Of a stretch of DNA of 64,000 bases, positions 15,001 to 30,000 are shown piece by piece; the stretch's first letter is position 1; each line of letters opens with the position of its first letter. Under the pieces are notes generated by a model. That model was not told where the DNA came from. It worked only from the letters and a program-made list of their open reading frames with translations, and did not search any database. The DNA is from Eledone cirrhosa. Lineage: Eukaryota. The DNA is taken from positions 48,236,001-48,300,000 of the forward strand of contig OZ024745.1 in NCBI GenBank assembly GCA_964016885.1, given 5' to 3'. Made by a program: the position numbers and the translations under genes.

Positions 15001-18000
15001 TGCTTTAGTAACCACTCCTGACACCAACTGCTTTAGTAACCACTCATGACACCAACTGCTTTAGTAACCATTCCTGACACCAACTGCTTTAGTAACCACT
15101 CCTGACACCAACTGCTTTAGTAACCATTCCTGCACCAACTGCTTTAGTAACCACTCCTGACACCAACTGCTTTAGTAACCACTCCTGACACCAACTGCTT
15201 TAGTAACCACTCATGACACCAACTGCTTTAGTAACCACTCATGACACCAACTGCTTTAGTAACCACTCCTGACACCAACTGCTTTAGTAACCACTCATGA
15301 CACCAACTGCTTTAGTAACCATTCCTGACACCAACTGCTTTAGTAACCACTCCTGACACCAACTGCTTTAGTAACCACTACTGACACCAACTGCTTTAGT
15401 AACCACTCATGACACCAACTGCTTTAGTAACCACTCATGACACCAACTGCTTTAGTAACCACTCATGACACCAACTGCTTTAGTAACCACTCATGACACC
15501 AACTGCTTTAGTAACCACTCCTGACACCAACTGCTTTAGTAACCATTCCTGCACTAACTGCTTTAGTAACCACTCATGACACCAACTGCTTTAGTAACCA
15601 TTCCTGCACTAACTGCTTTAGTAACCACTCCTGACACCAACTGCTTTAGTAACCATTCCTGCACTAACTGCTTTAGTAACCACTCCTGACACCAACTGCT
15701 TTAGTAACCATTCCTGCACCAACTGCTTTAGTAACCATTCCTGCACCAACTGCTTTAGTAACCACTCATGACACCAACTGCTTTAGTAACCACTCCTGAC
15801 ACCAACTGCTTTAGTAACCACTCATGACACCAACTGCTTTAGTAACCACTGATGACACCAACTGCTTTAGTAACCACTCATGACACCAACTGCTTTAGTA
15901 ACCATTCCTGACACCAACTGCTTTAGTAACCACTCATGACACCAACTGCTTTAGTAACCACTCATGACACCAACTGCTTTAGTAACCACTCATGACACCA
16001 ACTGCTTTAGTAACCATTCCTGACACCAACTGCTTTAGTAACCACTCCTGACACCAACTGCTTTAGTAACCATTCCTGCACTAACTGCTTTAGTAACCAC
16101 TCATGACACCAACTGCTTTAGTAACCATTCCTGACACCAACTGCTTTAGTAACCACTCATGACACCAACTGCTTTAGTAACCACTCATGACACCAACTGC
16201 TTTAGTAACCACTCATGACACCAACTGCTTTAGTAACCATTCCTGACACCAACTGCTTTAGTAACCACTCCTGACACCAACTGCTTTAGTAACCATTCCT
16301 GCACTAACTGCTTTAGTAACCACTCATGACACCAACTGCTTTAGTAACCATTCCTGACACCAACTGCTTTAGTAACCACTCATGACACCAACTGCTTTAG
16401 TAACCACTCATGACACCAACTGCTTTAGTAACCACTCATGACACCAACTGCTTTAGTAACCATTCCTGACACCAACTGCTTTAGTAACCATTCCTGACAC
16501 CAACTGCTTTAGTAACCACTCATGACACCAACTGCTTTAGTAACCACTACTGACACCAACTGCTTTAGTAACCACTCATGACACCAACTGCTTTAGTAAC
16601 CATTCCTGCACTAACTGCTTTAGTAACCACTCATGACACCAACTGCTTTAGTAACCATTCCTGACACCAACTGCTTTAGTAACCACTCCTGACACCAACT
16701 GCTTTAGTAACCATTCCTGCACCAACTGCTTTAGTAACCACTCCTGACACCAACTGCTTTAGTAACCACTCCTGACACCAACTGCTTTAGTAACCACTCA
16801 TGACACCAACTGCTTTAGTAACCACTCATGACACCAACTGCTTTAGTAACCACTCCTGACACCAACTGCTTTAGTAACCACTCATGACACCAACTGCTTT
16901 AGTAACCACTCCTGACACCAACTGCTTTAGTAACCACTCATGACACCAACTGCTTTAGTAACCATTCCTGACACCAACTGCTTTAGTAACCACTCATGAC
17001 ACCAACTGCTTTAGTAACCACTCCTGACACCAACTGCTTTAGTAACCACTACTGACACCAACTGCTTTAGTAACCACTCATGACACCAACTGCTTTAGTA
17101 ACCACTCATGACACCAACTGCTTTAGTAACCACTCATGACACCAACTGCTTTAGTAACCACTCATGACACCAACTGCTTTAGTAACCATTCCTGACACCA
17201 ACTGCTTTAGTAACCACTCCTGACACCAACTGCTTTAGTAACCATTCGTGCACTAACTGCTTTAGTAACCACTCATGACACCAACTGCTTTAGTAACCAT
17301 TCCTGCACTAACTGCTTTAGTAACCACTCCTGACACCAACTGCTTTAGTAACCATTCCTGCACTAACTGCTTTAGTAACCACTCCTGACACCAACTGCTT
17401 TAGTAACCATTCCTGCACCAACTGCTTTAGTAACCACTCATGACACCAACTGCTTTAGTAACCACTCCTGACACCAACTGCTTTAGTAACCACTCATGAC
17501 ACCAACTGCTTTAGTAACCACTCATGACACCAACTGCTTTAGTAACCACTCATGACACCAACTGCTTTAGTAACCATTCCTGACACCAACTGCTTTAGTA
17601 ACCACTCCTGACACCAACTGCTTTAGTAACCATTCCTGCACTAACTGCTTTAGTAACCACTCATGACACCAACTGCTTTAGTAACCATTCCTGACACCAA
17701 CTGCTTTAGTAACCACTCATGACACCAACTGCTTTAGTAACCACTCATGACACCAACTGCTTTAGTAACCACTCATGACACCAACTGCTTTAGTAACCAC
17801 TCATGACACCAACTGCTTTAGTAACCATTCCTGACACCAACTGCTTTAGTAACCACTCCTGACACCAACTGCTTTAGTAACCATTCCTGCACTAACTGCT
17901 TTAGTAACCACTCATGACACCAACTGCTTTAGTAACCATTCCTGACACCAACTGCTTTAGTAACCATTCCTGCACTAACTGCTTTAGTAACCATTCCTGA

Positions 18001-21000
18001 CACCAACTGCTTTAGTAACCACTCATGACACCAACTGCTTTAGTAACCACTCATGACACCAACTGCTTTAGTAACCACTCATGACACCAACTGCTTTAGT
18101 AACCATTCCTGACACCAACTGCTTTAGTAACCACTCCTGACACCAACTGCTTTAGTAACCATTCCTGCACTAACTGCTTTAGTAACCACTCATGACACCA
18201 ACTGCTTTAGTAACCACTCATGACACCAACTGCTTTAGTAACCACTCATGACACCAACTGCTTTAGTAACCATTCCTGACACCAACTGCTTTAGTAACCA
18301 TTCCTGACACCAACTGCTTTAGTAACCATTCCTGACACCAACTGCTTTAGTAACCACTCATGACACCAACTGCTTTAGTAACCATTCCTGCACTAACTGC
18401 TTTAGTAACCATTCCTGACACCAACTGCTTTAGTAACCACTCCTGACACCAACTGCTTTAGTAACCACTCATGACACCAACTGCTTTAGTAACCACTCAT
18501 GACACCAACTGCTTTAGTAACCATTCCTGACACCAACTGCTTTAGTAACCACTCCTGACACCAACTGCTTTAGTAACCATTCCTGCACCAACTGCTTTAG
18601 TAACCATTCCTGACACCAACTGCTTTAGTAACCACTCTTGACACCAACTGCTTTAGTAACCACTCTTGACACCAACTGCTTTAGTAACCATTCCTGACAC
18701 CAACTGCTTTAGTAACCATTCCTGACACCAACTGCTTTAGTAACCATTCCTGACACCAACTGCTTTAGTAACCACTCCTGACACCAACTGCTTTAGTAAC
18801 CACTCCTGACACCAACTGCTTTAGTAACCACTCATGACACCAACTGCTTTAGTAACCATTCCTGCACCAACTGCTTTAGTAACCACTCATGACACCAACT
18901 GCTTTAGTAACCACTCCTGACACCAACAGCTTTAGTAACCACTCATGACACCAACTGCTTTAGTAACCATTCCTGACACCAACTGCTTTAGTAACCACTC
19001 CTGACACCAACTGCTTTAGTAACCATTCCTGCACCAACTGCTTTAGTAACCACTCCTGACACCAACTGCTTTAGTAACCACTCCTGACACCAACTGCTTT
19101 AGTAACCATTCCTGACACCAACTGCTTTAGTAACCATTCCTGCACTAACTGCTTTAGTAACCATTCCTGACACCAACTGCTTTAGTAACCACTCATGACA
19201 CCAACTGCTTTAGTAACCACTCATGACACCAACTGCTTTAGTAACCACTCATGACACCAACTGCTTTAGTAACCATTCCTGACACCAACTGCTTTAGTAA
19301 CCACTCCTGACACCAACTGCTTTAGTAACCATTCCTGCACTAACTGCTTTAGTAACCACTCATGACACCAACTGCTTTAGTAACCACTCATGACACCAAC
19401 TGCTTTAGTAACCACTCATGACACCAACTGCTTTAGTAACCATTCCTGACACCAACTGCTTTAGTAACCATTCCTGACACCAACTGCTTTAGTAACCATT
19501 CCTGACACCAACTGCTTTAGTAACCACTCATGACACCAACTGCTTTAGTAACCATTCCTGCACTAACTGCTTTAGTAACCATTCCTGACACCAACTGCTT
19601 TAGTAACCACTCCTGACACCAACTGCTTTAGTAACCACTCATGACACCAACTGCTTTAGTAACCACTCATGACACCAACTGCTTTAGTAACCATTCCTGA
19701 CACCAACTGCTTTAGTAACCACTCCTGACACCAACTGCTTTAGTAACCATTCCTGCACCAACTGCTTTAGTAACCATTCCTGACACCAACTGCTTTAGTA
19801 ACCACTCTTGACACCAACTGCTTTAGTAACCACTCTTGACACCAACTGCTTTAGTAACCATTCCTGACACCAACTGCTTTAGTAACCATTCCTGACACCA
19901 ACTGCTTTAGTAACCACTCCTGACACCAACTGCTTTAGTAACCACTCCTGACACCAACTGCTTTAGTAACCACTCATGACACCAACTGCTTTAGTAACCA
20001 TTCCTGCACCAACTGCTTTAGTAACCACTCATGACACCAACTGCTTTAGTAACCACTCCTGACACCAACAGCTTTAGTAACCACTCATGACACCAACTGC
20101 TTTAGTAACCATTCCTGACACCAACTGCTTTAGTAACCACTCCTGACACCAACTGCTTTAGTAACCATTCCTGCACCAACTGCTTTAGTAACCACTCCTG
20201 ACACCAACCGCTTTAGTAACCACTCCTGACACCAACTGCTTTAGTAACCACTCATGACACCAACTGCTTTAGTAACCACTCATGACACCAACTGCTTTAG
20301 TAACCACTCCTGACACCAACTGCTTTAGTAACCACTCCTGACACCAACTGCTTTAGTAACCACTCATGACACCAACTGCTTTAGTAACCATTCCTGACAC
20401 CAACTGCTTTAGTAACCACTCTTGACACCAACTGCTTTAGTAACCACTCATGACACCAACTGCTTTAGTAACCATTCCTGACACCAACTGCTTTAGTAAC
20501 CACTCATGACACCAACTGCTTTAGTAACCATTCCTGACACAAACTGCTTTAGTAACCATTCCTGACACCAACTGCTTTAGTAACCACTCCTGACACCAAC
20601 TGCTTTAGTAACCACTCCTGACACCAACTGCTTTAGTAACCACTCATGACACCAACTGCTTTAGTAACCATTCCTGCACCAACTGCTTTAGTAACCACTC
20701 ATGACACCAACTGCTTTAGTAACCACTCCTGACACCAACTGCTTTAGTAACCACTCATGACACCAACTGCTTTAGTAACCATTCCTGACACCAACTGCTT
20801 TAGTAACCACTCCTGACACCAACTGCTTTAGTAACCATTCCTGCACCAACTGCTTTAGTAACCACTCCTGACACCAACTGCTTTAGTAACCACTCCTGAC
20901 ACCAACTGCTTTAGTAACCACTCATGACACCAACTGCTTTAGTAACCACTCATGACACCAACTGCTTTAGTAACCACTCCTGACACCAACTGCTTTAGTA

Positions 21001-24000
21001 ACCACTCATGACACCAACTGCTTTAGTAACCACTCCTGACACCAACTGCTTTAGTAACCACTCATGACACCAACTGCTTTAGTAACCATTCCTGACACCA
21101 ACTGCTTTAGTAACCACTCCTGACACCAACTGCTTTAGTAACCACTACTGACACCAACTGCTTTAGTAACCACTCATGACACCAACTGCTTTAGTAACCA
21201 CTCATGACACCAACTGCTTTAGTAACCACTCATGACACCAACTGCTTTAGTAACCACTCATGACACCAACTGCTTTAGTAACCATTCCTGACACCAACTG
21301 CTTTAGTAACCACTCATGACACCAACTGCTTTAGTAACCACTCATGACACCAACTGCTTTAGTAACCACTCATGACACCAACTGCTTTAGTAACCATTCC
21401 TGACACCAACTGCTTTAGTAACCACTCCTGACACCAACTGCTTTAGTAACCATTCCTGCACTAACTGCTTTAGTAACCACTCATGACACCAACTGCTTTA
21501 GTAACCACTCATGACACCAACTGCTTTAGTAACCACTCATGACACCAACTGCTTTAGTAACCATTCCTGACACCAACTGCTTTAGTAACCATTCCTGACA
21601 CCAACTGCTTTAGTAACCATTCCTGACACCAACTGCTTTAGTAACCACTCATGACACCAACTGCTTTAGTAACCATTCCTGCACTAACTGCTTTAGTAAC
21701 CATTCCTGACACCAACTGCTTTAGTAACCACTCCTGACACCAACTGCTTTAGTAACCACTCATGACACCAACTGCTTTAGTAACCACTCATGACACCAAC
21801 TGCTTTAGTAACCATTCCTGACACCAACTGCTTTAGTAACCACTCCTGACACCAACTGCTTTAGTAACCATTCCTGCACCAACTGCTTTAGTAACCATTC
21901 CTGACACCAACTGCTTTAGTAACCACTCTTGACACCAACTGCTTTAGTAACCACTCTTGACACCAACTGCTTTAGTAACCATTCCTGACACCAACTGCTT
22001 TAGTAACCATTCCTGACACCAACTGCTTTAGTAACCATTCCTGACACCAACTGCTTTAGTAACCACTCCTGACACCAACTGCTTTAGTAACCACTCCTGA
22101 CACCAACTGCTTTAGTAACCACTCATGACACCAACTGCTTTAGTAACCATTCCTGCACCAACTGCTTTAGTAACCACTCATGACACCAACTGCTTTAGTA
22201 ACCACTCCTGACACCAACAGCTTTAGTAACCACTCATGACACCAACTGCTTTAGTAACCATTCCTGACACCAACTGCTTTAGTAACCACTCCTGACACCA
22301 ACTGCTTTAGTAACCATTCCTGCACCAACTGCTTTAGTAACCACTCCTGACACCAACTGCTTTAGTAACCACTCCTGACACCAACTGCTTTAGTAACCAT
22401 TCCTGACACCAACTGCTTTAGTAACCATTCCTGCACTAACTGCTTTAGTAACCATTCCTGACACCAACTGCTTTAGTAACCACTCATGACACCAACTGCT
22501 TTAGTAACCACTCATGACACCAACTGCTTTAGTAACCACTCATGACACCAACTGCTTTAGTAACCATTCCTGACACCAACTGCTTTAGTAACCACTCCTG
22601 ACACCAACTGCTTTAGTAACCATTCCTGCACTAACTGCTTTAGTAACCACTCATGACACCAACTGCTTTAGTAACCACTCCTGACACCAACTGCTTTAGT
22701 AACCACTCATGACACCAACTGCTTTAGTAACCACTCATGACACCAACTGCTTTAGTAACCATTCCTGACACCAACTGCTTTAGTAACCACTCCTGACACC
22801 AACTGCTTTAGTAACCATTCCTGCACCAACTGCTTTAGTAACCATTCCTGACACCAACTGCTTTAGTAACCACTCTTGACACCAACTGCTTTAGTAACCA
22901 CTCTTGACACCAACTGCTTTAGTAACCATTCCTGACACCAACTGCTTTAGTAACCATTCCTGACACCAACTGCTTTAGTAACCATTCCTGACACCAACTG
23001 CTTTAGTAACCACTCCTGACACCAACTGCTTTAGTAACCACTCCTGACACCAACTGCTTTAGTAACCACTCATGACACCAACTGCTTTAGTAACCATTCC
23101 TGCACCAACTGCTTTAGTAACCACTCATGACACCAACTGCTTTAGTAACCACTCCTGACACCAACAGCTTTAGTAACCACTCATGACACCAACTGCTTTA
23201 GTAACCATTCCTGACACCAACTGCTTTAGTAACCACTCCTGACACCAACTGCTTTAGTAACCATTCCTGCACCAACTGCTTTAGTAACCACTCCTGACAC
23301 CAACTGCTTTAGTAACCACTCCTGACACCAACTGCTTTAGTAACCACTCATGACACCAACTGCTTTAGTAACCACTCATGACACCAACTGCTTTAGTAAC
23401 CACTCCTGACACCAACTGCTTTAGTAACCACTCCTGACACCAACTGCTTTAGTAACCACTCATGACACCAACTGCTTTAGTAACCATTCCTGACACCAAC
23501 TGCTTTAGTAACCACTCTTGACACCAACTGCTTTAGTAACCACTCATGACACCAACTGCTTTAGTAACCATTCCTGACACCAACTGCTTTAGTAACCACT
23601 CATGACACCAACTGCTTTAGTAACCATTCCTGACACCAACTGCTTTAGTAACCATTCCTGACACCAACTGCTTTAGTAACCACTCCTGACACCAACTGCT
23701 TTAGTAACCACTCCTGACACCAACTGCTTTAGTAACCACTCATGACACCAACTGCTTTAGTAACCATTCCTGCACCAACTGCTTTAGTAACCACTCATGA
23801 CACCAACTGCTTTAGTAACCACTCCTGACACCAACTGCTTTAGTAACCACTCATGACACCAACTGCTTTAGTAACCATTCCTGACACCAACTGCTTTAGT
23901 AACCACTCCTGACACCAACTGCTTTAGTAACCATTCCTGCACCAACTGCTTTAGTAACCACTCCTGACACCAACTGCTTTAGTAACCACTCCTGACACCA

Positions 24001-27000
24001 ACTGCTTTAGTAACCACTCATGACACCAACTGCTTTAGTAACCACTCATGACACCAACTGCTTTAGTAACCACTCCTGACACCAACTGCTTTAGTAACCA
24101 CTCATGACACCAACTGCTTTAGTAACCACTCCTGACACCAACTGCTTTAGTAACCACTCATGACACCAACTGCTTTAGTAACCATTCCTGACACCAACTG
24201 CTTTAGTAACCACTCCTGACACCAACTGCTTTAGTAACCACTACTGACACCAACTGCTTTAGTAACCACTCATGACACCAACTGCTTTAGTAACCACTCA
24301 TGACACCAACTGCTTTAGTAACCACTCATGACACCAACTGCTTTAGTAACCACTCATGACACCAACTGCTTTAGTAACCACTCCTGACACCAACTGCTTT
24401 AGTAACCATTCCTGCACTAACTGCTTTAGTAACCACTCATGACACCAACTGCTTTAGTAACCATTCCTGCACTAACTGCTTTAGTAACCACTCCTGACAC
24501 CAACTGCTTTAGTAACCATTCCTGCACTAACTGCTTTAGTAACCACTCCTGACACCAACTGCTTTAGTAACCATTCCTGCACCAACTGCTTTAGTAACCA
24601 TTCCTGCACCAACTGCTTTAGTAACCACTCATGACACCAACTGCTTTAGTAACCACTCCTGACACCAACTGCTTTAGTAACCACTCATGACACCAACTGC
24701 TTTAGTAACCACTGATGACACCAACTGCTTTAGTAACCACTCATGACACCAACTGCTTTAGTAACCATTCCTGACACCAACTGCTTTAGTAACCACTCAT
24801 GACACCAACTGCTTTAGTAACCACTCATGACACCAACTGCTTTAGTAACCACTCATGACACCAACTGCTTTAGTAACCATTCCTGACACCAACTGCTTTA
24901 GTAACCACTCCTGACACCAACTGCTTTAGTAACCATTCCTGCACTAACTGCTTTAGTAACCACTCATGACACCAACTGCTTTAGTAACCATTCCTGACAC
25001 CAACTGCTTTAGTAACCACTCATGACACCAACTGCTTTAGTAACCACTCATGACACCAACTGCTTTAGTAACCACTCATGACACCAACTGCTTTAGTAAC
25101 CATTCCTGACACCAACTGCTTTAGTAACCACTCCTGACACCAACTGCTTTAGTAACCATTCCTGCACTAACTGCTTTAGTAACCACTCATGACACCAACT
25201 GCTTTAGTAACCATTCCTGACACCAACTGCTTTAGTAACCACTCATGACACCAACTGCTTTAGTAACCACTCATGACACCAACTGCTTTAGTAACCACTC
25301 ATGACACCAACTGCTTTAGTAACCATTCCTGACACCAACTGCTTTAGTAACCATTCCTGACACCAACTGCTTTAGTAACCACTCATGACACCAACTGCTT
25401 TAGTAACCACTACTGACACCAACTGCTTTAGTAACCACTCATGACACCAACTGCTTTAGTAACCATTCCTGCACTAACTGCTTTAGTAACCACTCATGAC
25501 ACCAACTGCTTTAGTAACCATTCCTGACACCAACTGCTTTAGTAACCACTCCTGACACCAACTGCTTTAGTAACCATTCCTGCACCAACTGCTTTAGTAA
25601 CCACTCCTGACACCAACTGCTTTAGTAACCACTCCTGACACCAACTGCTTTAGTAACCACTCATGACACCAACTGCTTTAGTAACCACTCATGACACCAA
25701 CTGCTTTAGTAACCACTCCTGACACCAACTGCTTTAGTAACCACTCATGACACCAACTGCTTTAGTAACCACTCCTGACACCAACTGCTTTAGTAACCAC
25801 TCATGACACCAACTGCTTTAGTAACCATTCCTGACACCAACTGCTTTAGTAACCACTCATGACACCAGCTGCTTTAGTAACCACTCCTGACACCAACTGC
25901 TTTAGTAACCACTACTGACACCAACTGCTTTAGTAACCACTCATGACACCAACTGCTTTAGTAACCACTCATGACACCAACTGCTTTAGTAACCACTCAT
26001 GACACCAACTGCTTTAGTAACCACTCATGACACCAACTGCTTTAGTAACCATTCCTGACACCAACTGCTTTAGTAACCACTCCTGACACCAACTGCTTTA
26101 GTAACCATTCGTGCACTAACTGCTTTAGTAACCACTCATGACACCAACTGCTTTAGTAACCATTCCTGCACTAACTGCTTTAGTAACCACTCCTGACACC
26201 AACTGCTTTAGTAACCATTCCTGCACTAACTGCTTTAGTAACCACTCCTGACACCAACTGCTTTAGTAACCATTCCTGCACCAACTGCTTTAGTAACCAC
26301 TCATGACACCAACTGCTTTAGTAACCACTCCTGACACCAACTGCTTTAGTAACCACTCATGACACCAACTGCTTTAGTAACCACTCATGACACCAACTGC
26401 TTTAGTAACCATTCCTGCACCAACTGCTTTAGTAACCACTCATGACACCAACTGCTTTAGTAACCATTCCTGACACCAACTGCTTTAGTAACCACTCCTG
26501 ACACCAACTGCTTTAGTAACCATTCCTGCACTAACTGCTTTAGTAACCACTCATGACACCAACTGCTTTAGTAACCATTCCTGACACCAACTGCTTTAGT
26601 AACCACTCATGACACCAACTGCTTTAGTAACCACTCATGACACCAACTGCTTTAGTAACCACTCATGACACCAACTGCTTTAGTAACCACTCATGACACC
26701 AACTGCTTTAGTAACCATTCCTGACACCAACTGCTTTAGTAACCACTCCTGACACCAACTGCTTTAGTAACCATTCCTGCACTAACTGCTTTAGTAACCA
26801 CTCATGACACCAACTGCTTTAGTAACCATTCCTGACACCAACTGCTTTAGTAACCATTCCTGCACTAACTGCTTTAGTAACCATTCCTGACACCAACTGC
26901 TTTAGTAACCACTCATGACACCAACTGCTTTAGTAACCACTCATGACACCAACTGCTTTAGTAACCACTCATGACACCAACTGCTTTAGTAACCATTCCT

Positions 27001-30000
27001 GACACCAACTGCTTTAGTAACCACTCCTGACACCAACTGCTTTAGTAACCATTCCTGCACTAACTGCTTTAGTAACCACTCATGACACCAACTGCTTTAG
27101 TAACCACTCATGACACCAACTGCTTTAGTAACCACTCATGACACCAACTGCTTTAGTAACCATTCCTGACACCAACTGCTTTAGTAACCATTCCTGACAC
27201 CAACTGCTTTAGTAACCATTCCTGACACCAACTGCTTTAGTAACCACTCATGACACCAACTGCTTTAGTAACCATTCCTGCACTAACTGCTTTAGTAACC
27301 ATTCCTGACACCAACTGCTTTAGTAACCACTCCTGACACCAACTGCTTTAGTAACCACTCATGACACCAACTGCTTTAGTAACCACTCATGACACCAACT
27401 GCTTTAGTAACCATTCCTGACACCAACTGCTTTAGTAACCACTCCTGACACCAACTGCTTTAGTAACCATTCCTGCACTAACTGCTTTAGTAACCACTCA
27501 TGACACCAACTGCTTTAGTAACCACTCCTGACACCAACTGCTTTAGTAACCACTCATGACACCAACTGCTTTAGTAACCATTCCTGACACCAACTGCTTT
27601 AGTAACCATTCCTGCACTAACTGCTTTAGTAACCACTCATGACACCAACTGCTTTAGTAACCACTCATGACACCAACTGCTTTAGTAACCACTCATGACA
27701 CCAACTGCTTTAGTAACCATTCCTGACACCAACTGCTTTAGTAACCATTCCTGACACCAACTGCTTTAGTAACCATTCCTGACACCAACTGCTTTAGTAA
27801 CCACTCATGACACCAACTGCTTTAGTAACCACTCATGACACCAACTGCTTTAGTAACCATTCCTGCACTAACTGCTTTAGTAACCATTCCTGACACCAAC
27901 TGCTTTAGTAACCACTCATGACACCAACTGCTTTAGTAACCACTCATGACACCAACTGCTTTAGTAACCACTCATGACACCAACTGCTTTAGTAACCATT
28001 CCTGACACCAACTGCTTTAGTAACCACTCCTGACACCAACTGCTTTAGTAACCATTCCTGCACTAACTGCTTTAGTAACCACTCATGACACCAACTGCTT
28101 TAGTAACCACTCCTGACACCAACTGCTTTAGTAACCACTCATGACACCAACTGCTTTAGTAACCATTCCTGACACCAACTGCTTTAGTAACCATTCCTGA
28201 CACCAACTGCTTTAGTAACCATTCCTGACACCAACTGCTTTAGTAACCACTCATGACACCAACTGCTTTAGTAACCACTCATGACACCAACTGCTTTAGT
28301 AACCATTCCTGACACCAACTGCTTTAGTAACCATTCCTGACACCAACTGCTTTAGTAACCACTCATGACACCAACTGCTTTAGTAACCACTCATGACACC
28401 AACTGCTTTAGTAACCATTCCTGCACTAACTGCTTTAGTAACCACTCCTGACACCAACTGCTTTAGTAACCATTCCTGACACCAACTGCTTTAGTAACCA
28501 CTCATGACACCAACTGCTTTAGTAACCACTCATGACACCAACTGCTTTAGTAACCACTACTGACACCAACTGCTTTAGTAACCACTCCTGACACCAACTG
28601 CTTTAGTAACCACTCTTGACACCAACTGCTTTAGTAACCACTACTGACACCAACTGCTTTAGTAACCATTCATGACACCAACTGCTTTAGTAACCATTCC
28701 TGACACCAACTGCTTTAGTAACCACTCCTGACACCAACTGCTTTAGTAACCACTCCTGACACCAACTGCTTTAGTAACCACTCCTGACACCAACTGCTTT
28801 AGTAACCACTCCTGACACCAACTGCTTTAGTAACCACTCCTGACACCAACTGCTTTAGTAACCACTCCTGACACCAACTGCTTTAGTAACCACTCCTGAC
28901 ACCAACTGCTTTAGTAACCACTACTGACACCAACTGCTTTAGTAACCACTCCTGACACCAACTGCTTTAGTAACCACTCCTGACACCAACTGCTTTAGTA
29001 ACCACTCCTGACACCAACTGCTTTAGTAACCACTCCTGACACCAACTGCTTTAGTAACCACTCCTGACACCAACTGCTTTAGTAACCATTCCTGACACCA
29101 ACTGCTTTAGTAACCACTCCTGACACCAACTGCTTTAGTAACCACTCCTGACACCAACTGCTTTAGTAACCACTACTGACACCAACTGCTTTAGTAACCA
29201 CTCATGACACCAACTGCTTTAGTAACCACTCCTGACACCAACTGCTTTAGTAACCACTCCTGACACCAACTGCTTTAGTAACCACTCCTGACACCAACTG
29301 CTTTAGTAACCACTCCTGACACCAACTGCTTTAGTAACCACTCCTGACACCAACTGCTTTAGTAACCACTCCTGACACCAACTGCTTTAGTAACCACTCC
29401 TGACACCAACTGCTTTAGTAACCATTCCTGACACCAACTGCTTTAGTAACCACTCCTGACACCAACTGCTTTAGTAACCACTCCTGACACCAACTGCTTT
29501 AGTAACCACTCCTGACACCAACTGCTTTAGTAACCACTCCTGACACCAACTGCTTTAGTAACCACTCCTGACACCAACTGCTTTAGTAACCACTCCTGAC
29601 ACCAACTGCTTTAGTAACCACTCCTGACACCAACTGCTTTAGTAACCACTCCTGACACCAACTGCTTTAGTAACCACTCCTGACACCAACTGCTTTAGTA
29701 ACCACTCCTGACACCAACTGCTTTAGTAACCACTCCTGACACCAACTGCTTTAGTAACCATTCCTGACACCAACTGCTTTAGTAACCACTCCTGACACCA
29801 ACTGCTTTAGTAACCACTACTGACACCAACTGCTTTAGTAACCACTACTGACACCAACTGCTTTAGTAACCACTCATGACACCAACTGCTTTAGTAACCA
29901 CTCCTGACACCAACTGCTTTAGTAACCACTCCTGACACCAACTGCTTTAGTAACCACTCCTGACACCAACTGCTTTAGTAACCATTCCTGACACCAACTG

